64,000 bases of DNA from an uncultured bacterium (GTDB taxonomy: Bacteria; Patescibacteriota; Minisyncoccia; Phycocordibacterales; UBA9973). The notes beneath the pieces are model-generated. The model did no database searches. It saw only the letters and a list, made by a program, of their open reading frames with translations, and was not told where the DNA came from. The stretch covers positions 28,971 through 92,970 of the forward strand of contig CAITQP010000005.1 in NCBI GenBank assembly GCA_903894565.1, read 5' to 3'. Below are positions 47,716 to 57,391 of the stretch, piece by piece. Within the stretch, counting starts at the first letter, position 1. Each line of letters starts with the position of its first letter. The position numbers and the translations under genes were made by a program.

Positions 47716-48135
47716 CTATATTTCTTCTTTTTTTGCTAGCCCCGCCTCACCACCTTCTTTACGAATCGCATCTGTTACTTTGTCTTTGTGTGCACGGATG
47801 TTTTTGAGGAATCCTGATGGTCGTCCGCCTATAGGGTGGTGTCCATTCTTTGTGATCAGACGAGTGAGTCGATCTTTCACTTTGCCGTCAGTTTTTCGTA
47901 CCCAAGTTGAGATGAGAATCCACGCCTTGAGTGTAAGAAGCACGATGTGGTGAACAGTAAACTTGGCAAATTCGATGAGACGCATACGAATGCTTTCGAT
48001 AGAAAGATCATGCCAATCTGCTTCCTCATATGATCCGGTAATAATTTTACCGGTACGGAAAAGCCAGACCTTGTGCCCAATGAGAGCGAAAGCGACTGCT
48101 ACTGAAAGGAAAAAGAGAATAATAGTGAATACCAT
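47716..48135 (-). CDS. Hypothetical membrane protein
   Basis: 139 aa with N-terminal TM; preceded by TACAAT-6nt-ATG. Confidence 0.7.
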   Translation of the reverse strand: MVFTIILFFLSVAVAFALIGHKVWLFRTGKIITGSYEEADWHDLSIESIRMRLIEFAKFTVHHIVLLTLKAWILISTWVRKTDGKVKDRLTRLITKNGHHPIGGRPSGFLKNIRAHKDKVTDAIRKEGGEAGLAKKEEI

Positions 48136-48156
48136 GTGAGTATTGTACCGCGTCTA

Positions 48157-48933
48157 TTACGCAGTTGCTACACGAACGAATCCGACGAGTGTCGCACCAT
48201 TTGCTGCGAGGAGCTTCTCGATCGTTTGGTCAGGATTCTTGATGAATGGCTGGTCAAGCAATGTGCGTTCTTTGAAGAATGTATCAAGCTTTCCTGCGAG
48301 CATCTTTTCTTGAATATCTGCTGGTTTACCTGATTTTGCAACCTCCTCCGCGAAGAGTGCTTTGACATTCGTCTTTGCATCTTCAGGAACATCGGCGCGA
48401 GTCTTGTATTCAGGATTCATTGCAGCAACATGCATCGCGATGTCTTTTGCGACCTCCTGATTGCCTCCACTGAGACCAACCATTGTGCCAACGCGTCCAT
48501 CGTGGACATAGACACCGACGACAGGAGCTTCCATAACAACGATTTCTCCGAGCTGAAGATTCTCTCCAAGCTTTTGGATACCAGTTGAGATGAGTTCAGG
48601 AGCCATTGCTTCAGCGGCTGCCTTACCTTTTTCGATTGCCTCGTTTGCAAGTGTTGTTGCGATTGCAACGAAGTCTGCATTTTTAGCAACGAAATCTGTC
48701 TCACAGCGGAGTGTCAAAAGGAGAGCGAATCCGTTCTTTTCAGCTTTGACGATAACGCCAGCAGTTGCCTCACGGTCAGACTTTTTGGCTGCAATTTCTG
48801 TTGATTTCTTTTTGAGGATGAGGAGCGCTTTTTCCATGTCTCCGCCCGCCTCTTCAAGTGCCTTTTTGCACTGCATAACTGAAACGCCCGTCTTGTCTCG
48901 CAATTCTTTGACCTGTTCCGTTGTGATAGCCAT
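48157..48933 (-). CDS. tsf: Elongation factor Ts
   Basis: VKELRDKTGVSVMQCKKAL, CETDFVAKN, DIAMHVAA, LLDQPFI. Confidence 0.97.
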   Translation of the reverse strand: MAITTEQVKELRDKTGVSVMQCKKALEEAGGDMEKALLILKKKSTEIAAKKSDREATAGVIVKAEKNGFALLLTLRCETDFVAKNADFVAIATTLANEAIEKGKAAAEAMAPELISTGIQKLGENLQLGEIVVMEAPVVGVYVHDGRVGTMVGLSGGNQEVAKDIAMHVAAMNPEYKTRADVPEDAKTNVKALFAEEVAKSGKPADIQEKMLAGKLDTFFKERTLLDQPFIKNPDQTIEKLLAANGATLVGFVRVATA

Positions 48934-48949
48934 AGATATAGTTTTTTAA

Positions 48950-49639
48950 TTACTGCTTGTAAGCATCGGCAAGATGTTTGACGATGAATTCGATTGCTGC
49001 ACGTGATGCATCGTTGGCGAGGATTGGGTAGGTGATTGTAGTGAGGTCACAGTCTGTACTACCGAGGGCGATGACTGGGATACCGAGACGCTGAGCTTCG
49101 AGGACTGCGATTTCTTCCTTCTTAGGGTCTACGATGAAGAGTGCATCTGGAAGTCCTTTGAGAGAAACGATACCACTGAAGAGTTCTTCCATCTTCGCAA
49201 CTTCACGCGCGATGAGGAGCTGTTCTTTCTTGGTGTATTTTTTCTGAAGGTCTCCAGAAATTTTGGCTGCACGGAGTTCTTCGAGACGAGTGAGACGCTT
49301 TTTGATCTCAGGGAAGTTTGTAAGGATACCTCCAACCCAGCGACTTGTAACGAATGGAAGATCGAGACTTTCTGCGGCTGTGCGAGTAGCATCTTTTGCT
49401 TCTGGCTTCGTACCGACGAAGATAACAGTCTTGCCTTTCTGGCCGAGAGTCTTCATGTACTCAGCAGCTTTTTGGAGCATGACTTCTGTCTGCTCGATAT
49501 CAATGATGTCGACCTTGTTTTTGGTGCCGAACAAATGTCGGGCGACCGATGGGTGACGGCGAGTTCGGGAATACCCGAAGTGAGCGCCGACACTAAAGAG
49601 CTCCTTGAGGAGCGGGGATGCACTGGTGTTCTCTGACAT
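48950..49639 (-). CDS. rpsB: 30S ribosomal protein S2
   Basis: GAHFG, FVGTK, RWVGGILTNF, ANDAS; upstream of tsf. Confidence 0.97.
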   Translation of the reverse strand: MSENTSASPLLKELFSVGAHFGYSRTRRHPSVARHLFGTKNKVDIIDIEQTEVMLQKAAEYMKTLGQKGKTVIFVGTKPEAKDATRTAAESLDLPFVTSRWVGGILTNFPEIKKRLTRLEELRAAKISGDLQKKYTKKEQLLIAREVAKMEELFSGIVSLKGLPDALFIVDPKKEEIAVLEAQRLGIPVIALGSTDCDLTTITYPILANDASRAAIEFIVKHLADAYKQ

Positions 49640-49825
49640 AGACACAATAGCTTGGTTTCTCGGTTCATGACCGGAAAACCTTAATTATAAAGCCGAGCGT
49701 AGCTCGGCGCGATCCGTTTTTAAGCATTTCAGCTTGGCATTTCTGCCGATACAGGGAAGGTGACTAGTGTCGGGACTCCCCACGGAAAGCCCAATTACTA
49801 TAGCAGAAAAATTGGTTTTGGGCAA
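49640..49825 (-). promoter_or_regulatory. rpsB promoter and ~150-nt structured leader
   Basis: Minus strand TTGCCC-17nt-TATAGT (49825-49797); several hairpins in 49654-49790. Confidence 0.6.
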
Positions 49826-49906
49826 ATGTCTGATGCCAGCATCAGTTCATTTGTAAAAGGCACTTTTTTCCTGTAGTATCCGTATATAGCATAATCTAAA
49901 AAACAG

Positions 49907-51364
49907 ATGGCAAATCCTCAAAATCAATCAACTGAAGAGTCGTTCCACATCACTCCTCGCGCAGAGGATTATTCTGCATGGTATCTCGATATTATTCGTG
50001 CAGCTGGGCTTGCCGAGCATGGTCCTGCAAAGGGAACGATGGTTATCAAGCCATACGGCTATGCAATTTGGGAAAAAGTACAGACAGTATTGAACGCAAA
50101 ATTCAAAGAATCAAATGTTGAGAATGCATATTTCCCGATGCTCATTCCGGAAAGTCTTTTGAAGCGCGAGGCTGATCATATTGAAGGCTTCGCTCCAGAA
50201 GTTGCAGTTGTGACCCATGCTGGTGGCAAAGATTTGGAAGAGCGCCTCATCATTCGACCGACTTCGGAGACTATCATGTACGAAGTGTTTTCAAATTGGA
50301 TTCACTCATACCGAGATTTGCCACTGCTCATCAACCAATGGGCAAACGTTGTGCGTTGGGAAATGCGTCCTCGACTTTTTTTGCGTACGACAGAATTTTT
50401 GTGGCAGGAAGGACACACGGTGCATGCGAGCGAGGCGCTTGCCGACGAGCGTGCTCGAATGATGCTTGAGGTGTATCGAGATTTTGCAGAAACGTACATG
50501 GCTATTCCTGTTATCCCAGGACAAAAATCTGATTCAGAAAAATTTGCAGGAGCACTTCGTACCTATACATGTGAGGCAATGATGCAAGACGGCAAGGCGC
50601 TTCAGTTTGCAACATCACACAACCTTGGTGATCATTTTGCAAAAGCATTTCATATTCAATTCCTCGATGAAAACAATGAACAACAGTTTGGTTGGCAAAC
50701 AAGCTGGGGACTTTCGACTCGCTCAATTGGCGGACTTATCATGACACATAGTGATGATAAGGGTCTCGTGCTTCCTCCAAAGATGGCTTCTATTCAAGCA
50801 GTGCTTGTGCCAATTCTCATTGGCAAAGATGTTGATACTGATGTGCTCTCAAAAATGAAAGAACTTGATGCGCAGATTCGCGGACTTTCAATTAGTACAA
50901 AAATCGATGATCGCGCACTGCGCCCTGGTGAGAAATTTTATGAATGGGAACGCAAAGGTGTGCCTGTACGTGTTGAATTCGGACCAAAAGATCTTGCAGC
51001 AAATCATGCTGTACTTGTGCGTCGCGATACAGGCGAAAAAGAAACAGTCACGCTCAGTGATGTACCAGAACGTATCGGTCAGCTTCTCGAAACAATTCAG
51101 AAATCTCTCTACGAGCGTGCAGTACAACTTCGTACTTCAAAAACAAAAACACTCGATACCTGGGATGAATTTAAACAGGCAATCGAAGAAGGAAATTTTG
51201 TTCTCGGTCATTGGGACGGTACGCGCGAAACAGAAGCGTTGATCAAAGAAGAAACAGGAGCAACGATTCGCTGCATCCCATTTGATTCAAAAGACGAAGT
51301 TGGTATGTGTATTAAGTCTGGTAAGCCATCGAAGCGCCGCGTTATTTTTGCGAAAGCATATTAA
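49907..51364 (+). CDS. proS: Proline--tRNA ligase, archaeal/eukaryote-type
   Basis: HIEGFAPEVA, RPTSET, WANVVRWE, EFLWQEGHT, SWGLSTR, ATIRCIP and a terminal Tyr. Confidence 0.97.
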   Translation: MANPQNQSTEESFHITPRAEDYSAWYLDIIRAAGLAEHGPAKGTMVIKPYGYAIWEKVQTVLNAKFKESNVENAYFPMLIPESLLKREADHIEGFAPEVAVVTHAGGKDLEERLIIRPTSETIMYEVFSNWIHSYRDLPLLINQWANVVRWEMRPRLFLRTTEFLWQEGHTVHASEALADERARMMLEVYRDFAETYMAIPVIPGQKSDSEKFAGALRTYTCEAMMQDGKALQFATSHNLGDHFAKAFHIQFLDENNEQQFGWQTSWGLSTRSIGGLIMTHSDDKGLVLPPKMASIQAVLVPILIGKDVDTDVLSKMKELDAQIRGLSISTKIDDRALRPGEKFYEWERKGVPVRVEFGPKDLAANHAVLVRRDTGEKETVTLSDVPERIGQLLETIQKSLYERAVQLRTSKTKTLDTWDEFKQAIEEGNFVLGHWDGTRETEALIKEETGATIRCIPFDSKDEVGMCIKSGKPSKRRVIFAKAY

Positions 51365-51369
51365 GTTTT

Positions 51370-52416
51370 ATGTTTGAACGGGTCTACAACACATTCTCAA
51401 ACGACATCGGTATCGACCTTGGTACTGCCAATACGCTCGTGTACCTCAAGGGGCATGGGATTGTGATTAATGAACCTTCTGTCGTTGCGGTGAATCAAAA
51501 GACTGGACGCATTGTGGCTGTCGGGACTGAGGCGAAGAACATGCTCGGACGAACTCCAGGGCATATTCGTGCGGTGCGACCGATCATTGATGGCGTGATT
51601 TCGGATTTTGAGGTGACCGAGGAGATGCTTTCGTATTTGATTGCGAAGGCCGAAAAAATTTCGAAGAAATTTTTTCGGCCCCGTGTCGTCGTCGGTGTCC
51701 CATCAGGAATCACCAATGTCGAAATTCGAGCCGTGTATGACGCGGCAAAATCTGCCGGAGCTCGCGAAGTATTCATTATCGAAGAACCAATGGCTGCAGC
51801 GATTGGCATTCGTCTCCCCGTCAAAGAACCAGTCGGTTCGATGATCGTTGATATTGGCGGAGGTACGACAGACATCGCTATCATTTCTCTTGGAGGAATT
51901 GTGCGAAGCAAGAATTCAAAAGTCGCTGGCGACAGACTCAACTCAGATATATCTTCATACCTTCGCGATGAATTCAAATTACTCATCGGAGAAAAGACTG
52001 CTGAGAATGTAAAAATTGCAATTGCGAGCGCGACGGAAGGCAAATTTCAAGAAGCTCAAGTTCGTGGACGCGATCTTGTCACAGGACTTCCACGTGAAGT
52101 TATCATAACTGATAGTGATATCCGTGAAGCGATCGCGCCTGCGGTGAATGAACTCGTTGATAGTATCAAAGAGGTACTCGAAACAACGCCACCAGAAATT
52201 CTCTCTGATGTAATGCATCGAGGCATTGTCCTCTCTGGTGGCGGAGCGCTTCTGACAGGCCTCGACTCACTGCTTGAAGGAGTGCTTAAAATTCCAATTT
52301 TCGTCGCAGAGGATCCGCTCACGGCTGTTGCTCGTGGTGCCGGCGTTGTGCTTGATGCAGTAGATGAATACGAAGAACAACTCGTGAGCTCGACGAACGA
52401 TCTGCCTCCACGATAG
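51370..52416 (+). CDS. mreB: Rod shape-determining protein MreB
   Basis: IDLGTANT, EPSVVA, IEEPMAAAIG, DIGGGTTD, GGGALL. Confidence 0.97.
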   Translation: MFERVYNTFSNDIGIDLGTANTLVYLKGHGIVINEPSVVAVNQKTGRIVAVGTEAKNMLGRTPGHIRAVRPIIDGVISDFEVTEEMLSYLIAKAEKISKKFFRPRVVVGVPSGITNVEIRAVYDAAKSAGAREVFIIEEPMAAAIGIRLPVKEPVGSMIVDIGGGTTDIAIISLGGIVRSKNSKVAGDRLNSDISSYLRDEFKLLIGEKTAENVKIAIASATEGKFQEAQVRGRDLVTGLPREVIITDSDIREAIAPAVNELVDSIKEVLETTPPEILSDVMHRGIVLSGGGALLTGLDSLLEGVLKIPIFVAEDPLTAVARGAGVVLDAVDEYEEQLVSSTNDLPPR

Positions 52417-52457
52417 TCGGGTATCTGCTTAAGCACCTTTTGTGCTATTCTAGAAAA

Positions 52458-53252
52458 ATGATTCCGCGTCAGCGACAATTTGCTCCAACTCATACAAAGA
52501 CTCGCCAATTGCGCGTCATTGGGGCCCTTCTTTTTCTTGTTATTATTTTTGCGATCCCCACTGTTCGTTCGGTCACGCGTCGAAGTGTGAGCGCTGTTGG
52601 TATAACCATCGCACGGAGTACACATGCTATTGGAGGATTGTTTGTCACTATCGGCACAACGGTGCGATCAAAGTATTCACTCGCGAATGAAAATGATGCA
52701 CTCAAAGCACAAGTTTCAGAATTGAACGCACGACTCGCACAAAGTGATCAGACAGCACGAGAGAATGTTAATTTAAAATCTGCGATGGGAAGGAATGAAA
52801 GTGCCCATTTCATTCTTGCTACCGTTATCGAAAAACCGCCACATTCACTGTACGACACACTGGTGATTGACGGAGGAAGTTCTGTTGGATTTTCTGTTGG
52901 ACAGATTGTGTATGCGAATGGCGAAACACCGATTGGTTCGATTGAGCAAGTGTTGCCGAGTACTGCGATTGTTAAATTGTACTCTGCTCCAGGAGAAGAA
53001 ACAGAAGCTCGACTTATGCCATCAAATATTGACGTAACACTTACGGGAAAAGGGGGAGGTAATTTTTATACAACAATACCTCACGATGTTACTGTTTCAG
53101 ACGGCGCGACTGTGATGACAAAGGAAACGAATGCGAGCACTATTGCTGTGTTTCAAAAAGTCGTATCAGATGCGCGAGATTCGTTTCAGACAATTCTCCT
53201 TGGAGCACCACTTAATATTTATGAATTGAATTTTGTTGAAGTAAGACAATAA
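52458..53252 (+). CDS. mreC: Rod shape-determining protein MreC
   Basis: TM, coiled coil (ENDALKAQV) and beta domains (YDTLVIDGGS..G...G); follows mreB. Confidence 0.85.
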   Translation: MIPRQRQFAPTHTKTRQLRVIGALLFLVIIFAIPTVRSVTRRSVSAVGITIARSTHAIGGLFVTIGTTVRSKYSLANENDALKAQVSELNARLAQSDQTARENVNLKSAMGRNESAHFILATVIEKPPHSLYDTLVIDGGSSVGFSVGQIVYANGETPIGSIEQVLPSTAIVKLYSAPGEETEARLMPSNIDVTLTGKGGGNFYTTIPHDVTVSDGATVMTKETNASTIAVFQKVVSDARDSFQTILLGAPLNIYELNFVEVRQ

Positions 53253-53256
53253 TTTT

Positions 53257-54486
53257 GTGAAGCCAATCCAATTTACGATTACAAAAAAAATTCCGAATGC
53301 GCTTGGACGAGCCGGAGTATTAGAAACACCTCACGGCACAGTACAGACACCGGCGTTTGTTTCTGTGGGAACGAAAGCAACAGTGAAAGGAATGACGCCT
53401 GAAATGTTGAAAGATATGGGCGGGCAAATCACACTTTGTAATACGTACCATTTGTATTTGCAGCCTGGGGATGAATTGATTGCGCGCGCAGGAGGACTCC
53501 ACACATTCATGGGATGGAACGGACCGATGATGACAGACTCAGGAGGTTTTCAAGTATTTTCACTTGGTGCCGCGTATGGCAAGGGAATTTCAAAAGTGCT
53601 ACATCCAGCCGAACCATCACAACAAATTCCTGAGCGTTCAAGTGCTGATGATGGTGTTCCTCGTCTCGCGACGGTTGGTAATGATGGCGTGTCGTTTCGT
53701 TCGCACATTGATGGAAGTTTGCATTACATTACGCCTGAGAAGTCGATGGAGATCCAACACAATCTTGGGGCTGATCTTATTTTTGCGTTCGATGAATGTA
53801 CCTCGCCGACAGAAGAACGCAGATATCAGGAAGAGGCGCTCATGCGTACTCATGCGTGGGCGAAGCGAAGTCTTGAGTATCATCATGCACGACCGAATGC
53901 TGAGAGACAGGCACTGCTTGGGATTGTACAAGGTGGACGTGATGAGGAATTGCGCCGCCGGTCGGCACGCGAAATATCTCTGATGCGCTCGACCGGCGGC
54001 GCCGAATTCGACGGCTTTGGCATCGGAGGTTCATTTGAAAAAGACGATCTACATAGTGCGGTGCAGTGGGTGAATGAAGAATTGCCTGAAGACAAACCGC
54101 GTCACTTGCTCGGTATCGGCGAACCAGAAGATTTATTTATGGGAGTTGAGAATGGTGTTGACCTTTTTGATTGTGTCGCACCCACGCGCAATGCTCGCTC
54201 AACGGGAACACTCTATACCAAAGAAGGGCGAATGCGTATTATGAACACAAAATATCGCGAAGATTTCACTCCCATCGAAAGTGATTGTGGATGCTATACG
54301 TGTACACATTTTACTCGTGCATATCTCGCGCATCTTTTTCATGCGAAAGAAATGCTTGGCAGCATGCTCGCAAGCGTTCACAATTTATACTTTCTGACAC
54401 ATCTCGTTGATCAAATGCGTGAGGCGATTATTGCCGGAACTTTTTATGAACTCAAGGAATCGTTCATGAAATCGTATGCAAAATAA
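53257..54486 (+). CDS. tgt: tRNA-guanine transglycosylase
   Basis: TPAFVSVGT, NTYHL, TDSGGFQVFSL, GIVQGG, FDCVAPTR, CGCYTC...H zinc site. Confidence 0.97.
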   Translation: MKPIQFTITKKIPNALGRAGVLETPHGTVQTPAFVSVGTKATVKGMTPEMLKDMGGQITLCNTYHLYLQPGDELIARAGGLHTFMGWNGPMMTDSGGFQVFSLGAAYGKGISKVLHPAEPSQQIPERSSADDGVPRLATVGNDGVSFRSHIDGSLHYITPEKSMEIQHNLGADLIFAFDECTSPTEERRYQEEALMRTHAWAKRSLEYHHARPNAERQALLGIVQGGRDEELRRRSAREISLMRSTGGAEFDGFGIGGSFEKDDLHSAVQWVNEELPEDKPRHLLGIGEPEDLFMGVENGVDLFDCVAPTRNARSTGTLYTKEGRMRIMNTKYREDFTPIESDCGCYTCTHFTRAYLAHLFHAKEMLGSMLASVHNLYFLTHLVDQMREAIIAGTFYELKESFMKSYAK

Positions 54487-54487
54487 C

Positions 54488-54802
54488 ATGGATATCGAAA
54501 AAGGATTTTACTATCATTACAAGCACGATCCAGCGGGTGAGATAAACAACTATGCGTATGAGGTGATGGGTATCGCACATCACTCTGAAATTGATGGTCT
54601 CGCCGAGAGTGCAATGGTCATGTATCGACCCCTTTATAATGCGCCGATATACCAAGCGGGGAAGCATTGGAACGTACGACCGCGCGCGATGTTCGCAGAA
54701 ATTGTGACGAAAAATGATATCAACAAGCCACGTTTTCAAAAAATTACTGATGCTACAATACTCGGTGAGCTTGAGAAAATTCGCGATGCCATGTATAACT
54801 AA
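54488..54802 (+). CDS. DUF1653-like protein
   Basis: GFYYHYKH...YEV.GIAHHSE...VMYRPLY...WNVRP..MF...PRF. Confidence 0.75.
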   Translation: MDIEKGFYYHYKHDPAGEINNYAYEVMGIAHHSEIDGLAESAMVMYRPLYNAPIYQAGKHWNVRPRAMFAEIVTKNDINKPRFQKITDATILGELEKIRDAMYN

Positions 54803-54810
54803 CAGCTACG

Positions 54811-56835
54811 ATGTCAAAGAATATTTTTACTATAGAGAGTGACTGGGCGCCGTCAGGCGATCAGCCAGAGGCAATCAAAGCACTCGTCAAAGGACTTGAT
54901 TCAGGTATGCAAAAGCAGACCCTTCTTGGTGCTACCGGTACAGGAAAAACATTCACGATAGCGAATGTCATTCAACAACACAACAAACCGACGCTCATCA
55001 TCGCCCACAACAAAACACTCGCCGCACAGCTCGCACAGGAATTTCGAGAATTTTTTCCAAACCACGCAGTGCACTATTTTGTCTCATACTATGACTTCTA
55101 TCAACCAGAAGCATATCTTCCGACGAGTGATACCTATATTGAAAAAGACGCACAGATTAATAAAGAAATTGATCGTCTTCGTCACGCGACGACACAGTCC
55201 CTCCTGCTCAGGAAAGATGTGATTATCGTTGCGTCGGTTTCGTGTATTTATGGTCTTGGAAGTCCAGCTGAATATCAGAAAGTGAATATGAAATTGTCTG
55301 TTGGTGACACGATCGATCGTACAGCACTCATGCGCCGACTTATTGAAGTACATTTTACTCGTACGAATGCCGATCTTGAACCGGGAACATTTCGTTCTGT
55401 CGGGAATAAAATCGACATCATGCCAATCTCAGAAACGATGATGTACCAGATTTCAGTTGGTGCTCGTGGTATCGAACGTATTACAAAGATTGATCCTGTT
55501 TCATCCAAATCACTTGGTGATCAAGAACATTTGTTCGTATTTCCTGCGAAGCACTTCATCACGAATGATGAGAGCAAGACACGTGCCGTCAAAAGTATAA
55601 AAGCGGAACTCGCTACTCAGCTCAAGAAATTCGAAAAAGAAGGAAAGCTTCTCGAAGCAGAACGATTGAAGCGACGCACAACATATGATCTCGCGATGAT
55701 TGATGAAATGGGTTACTGTAACGGAATTGAAAACTATTCACGTCATCTCTCGGGTAAAAAAGCAGGGGATCCACCAGAAACATTACTCTCATATTTTCCA
55801 CACAAGGCTGATGGCTCGCCAGATTTTCTGACGATCATTGATGAGTCCCACGTGACCTTGCCACAGATTGGTGGTATGTATGCAGGTGATCAAGCTCGCA
55901 AGAAAAATCTTGTGGAATTCGGTTTTCGTTTGCCGAGCGCCTGTGACAACAGACCGCTCACATTTCCAGAATTTGAACAACGTATTGGACAAGTCGTCTT
56001 CGTTTCGGCGACTCCCGCTATCCGCGAAAAAGAAATGAGTGAACAAATTGTTCAGCAGATTATTCGTCCCACCGGACTTGTTGACCCAGAAGTTATCGTG
56101 CGTCCAATTTTGGAAAAGGGAAGTTACCCAGGACAAATTCAAGATTTTATTCGCGAAACGGAACTCACGGTGAAGAAAGGTGATCGTGTTCTTGCCACGA
56201 CACTCACCAAGAAAATGGCCGAAGATCTTGCCACGTATCTCAAAGACAAAAAAATCAATGCGGAGTATCTGCATAGTGAAATCAAAACAATCGATCGTAT
56301 TCGTATTCTCACTCAATTCCGCAAAGGTGAATTTGATGTGCTTGTCGGTGTGAACTTGCTTCGAGAAGGTCTCGACCTCCCAGAAGTTTCTTTTATCGGA
56401 ATTCTTGACGCTGACAAGGAAGGATTTCTTCGTTCAGAAACTTCTCTCATTCAAACGATCGGTCGTGCTGCTCGTAACGTTGATGGTCACGTTATTCTTT
56501 ATGCAGATGTGATGACCGGTTCGCTCGAAAAAGCGATCGGCGAAACGAATCGCCGTCGTGCGATTCAAGTTGCGTACAATACGAAGCATGGTATTACGCC
56601 GATGACTATCAAGAAGGCCATTCGTGATATTGCACAAGAACTTGAAAGTGAACACGAAAAGGCCCTCGGGGAAGAATTGTCGATTGACATGGCAATGCTT
56701 GGCACAAAAGGACCAAAGGCATATGCAAAACTCATCAAAATAAAAGAAAAAGAAATGAACGCTGCGGTGAAAGATCTTGATTTTGAGACAGCTGCAATCT
56801 TGCGCGATGAGATCCAAGCTCTCCGAGCACGGTAA
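54811..56835 (+). CDS. uvrB: Excinuclease ABC subunit B
   Basis: GATGTGKT, FVSYYDFYQPEAY, IDESH, LLREGLD, C-terminal UVR DFETAAILRD. Confidence 0.98.
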   Translation: MSKNIFTIESDWAPSGDQPEAIKALVKGLDSGMQKQTLLGATGTGKTFTIANVIQQHNKPTLIIAHNKTLAAQLAQEFREFFPNHAVHYFVSYYDFYQPEAYLPTSDTYIEKDAQINKEIDRLRHATTQSLLLRKDVIIVASVSCIYGLGSPAEYQKVNMKLSVGDTIDRTALMRRLIEVHFTRTNADLEPGTFRSVGNKIDIMPISETMMYQISVGARGIERITKIDPVSSKSLGDQEHLFVFPAKHFITNDESKTRAVKSIKAELATQLKKFEKEGKLLEAERLKRRTTYDLAMIDEMGYCNGIENYSRHLSGKKAGDPPETLLSYFPHKADGSPDFLTIIDESHVTLPQIGGMYAGDQARKKNLVEFGFRLPSACDNRPLTFPEFEQRIGQVVFVSATPAIREKEMSEQIVQQIIRPTGLVDPEVIVRPILEKGSYPGQIQDFIRETELTVKKGDRVLATTLTKKMAEDLATYLKDKKINAEYLHSEIKTIDRIRILTQFRKGEFDVLVGVNLLREGLDLPEVSFIGILDADKEGFLRSETSLIQTIGRAARNVDGHVILYADVMTGSLEKAIGETNRRRAIQVAYNTKHGITPMTIKKAIRDIAQELESEHEKALGEELSIDMAMLGTKGPKAYAKLIKIKEKEMNAAVKDLDFETAAILRDEIQALRAR

Positions 56836-56896
56836 CTTGCGCAAAACCAAAAAGTGATGTATTGTGCGACTATAATAATTAACGCAGGAATTCAGT

Positions 56897-57391
56897 ATGA
56901 AAACAATGGATAAGAAATGGTGGTGGGTTGTTGGCGGAGCTGTCGTACTCGTGATTGTGCTCGCAATTGCGCTTCGTCCAAATCGTAAAGTAGAAGCTCC
57001 CGCAACAGCACCATCAACTCACGACCTCGAGACCTCAGTACTTCAATCGACTGAAGATTTTAGTAGCGGTAGTGTGCATCAGACACCTACTCCAACTGCT
57101 CCTGTATTGACGTACGCCGAGGCACTTACTCAGTACGCGGATGCACGTCTTGAATTTGACTCAGGGTGTCAGGTAAGACCCGTCAACCAAACATGGAAGA
57201 ATAATACTGAACTCATGCTTGATAATCGTTCGGGAGAAAATCGTTTGATTCACATGGATGTCCTTGGAGATGTTACAATCAAACCGTGGGGATTTAAAAT
57301 TGTGAAGTTCTCAAGTCTTACAACTCCAGATACAATCATGATCGACTGTGGAAATTTGCAAAATGTTACGACTGTGCTTCTTCAAAAATAA
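56897..57391 (+). CDS. Membrane-anchored hypothetical protein (possible cupredoxin-like beta sandwich)
   Basis: TM (WWWVVGGAVVLVIVLAIAL), P/T linker, beta-rich domain with two Cys. Confidence 0.7.
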   Translation: MKTMDKKWWWVVGGAVVLVIVLAIALRPNRKVEAPATAPSTHDLETSVLQSTEDFSSGSVHQTPTPTAPVLTYAEALTQYADARLEFDSGCQVRPVNQTWKNNTELMLDNRSGENRLIHMDVLGDVTIKPWGFKIVKFSSLTTPDTIMIDCGNLQNVTTVLLQK

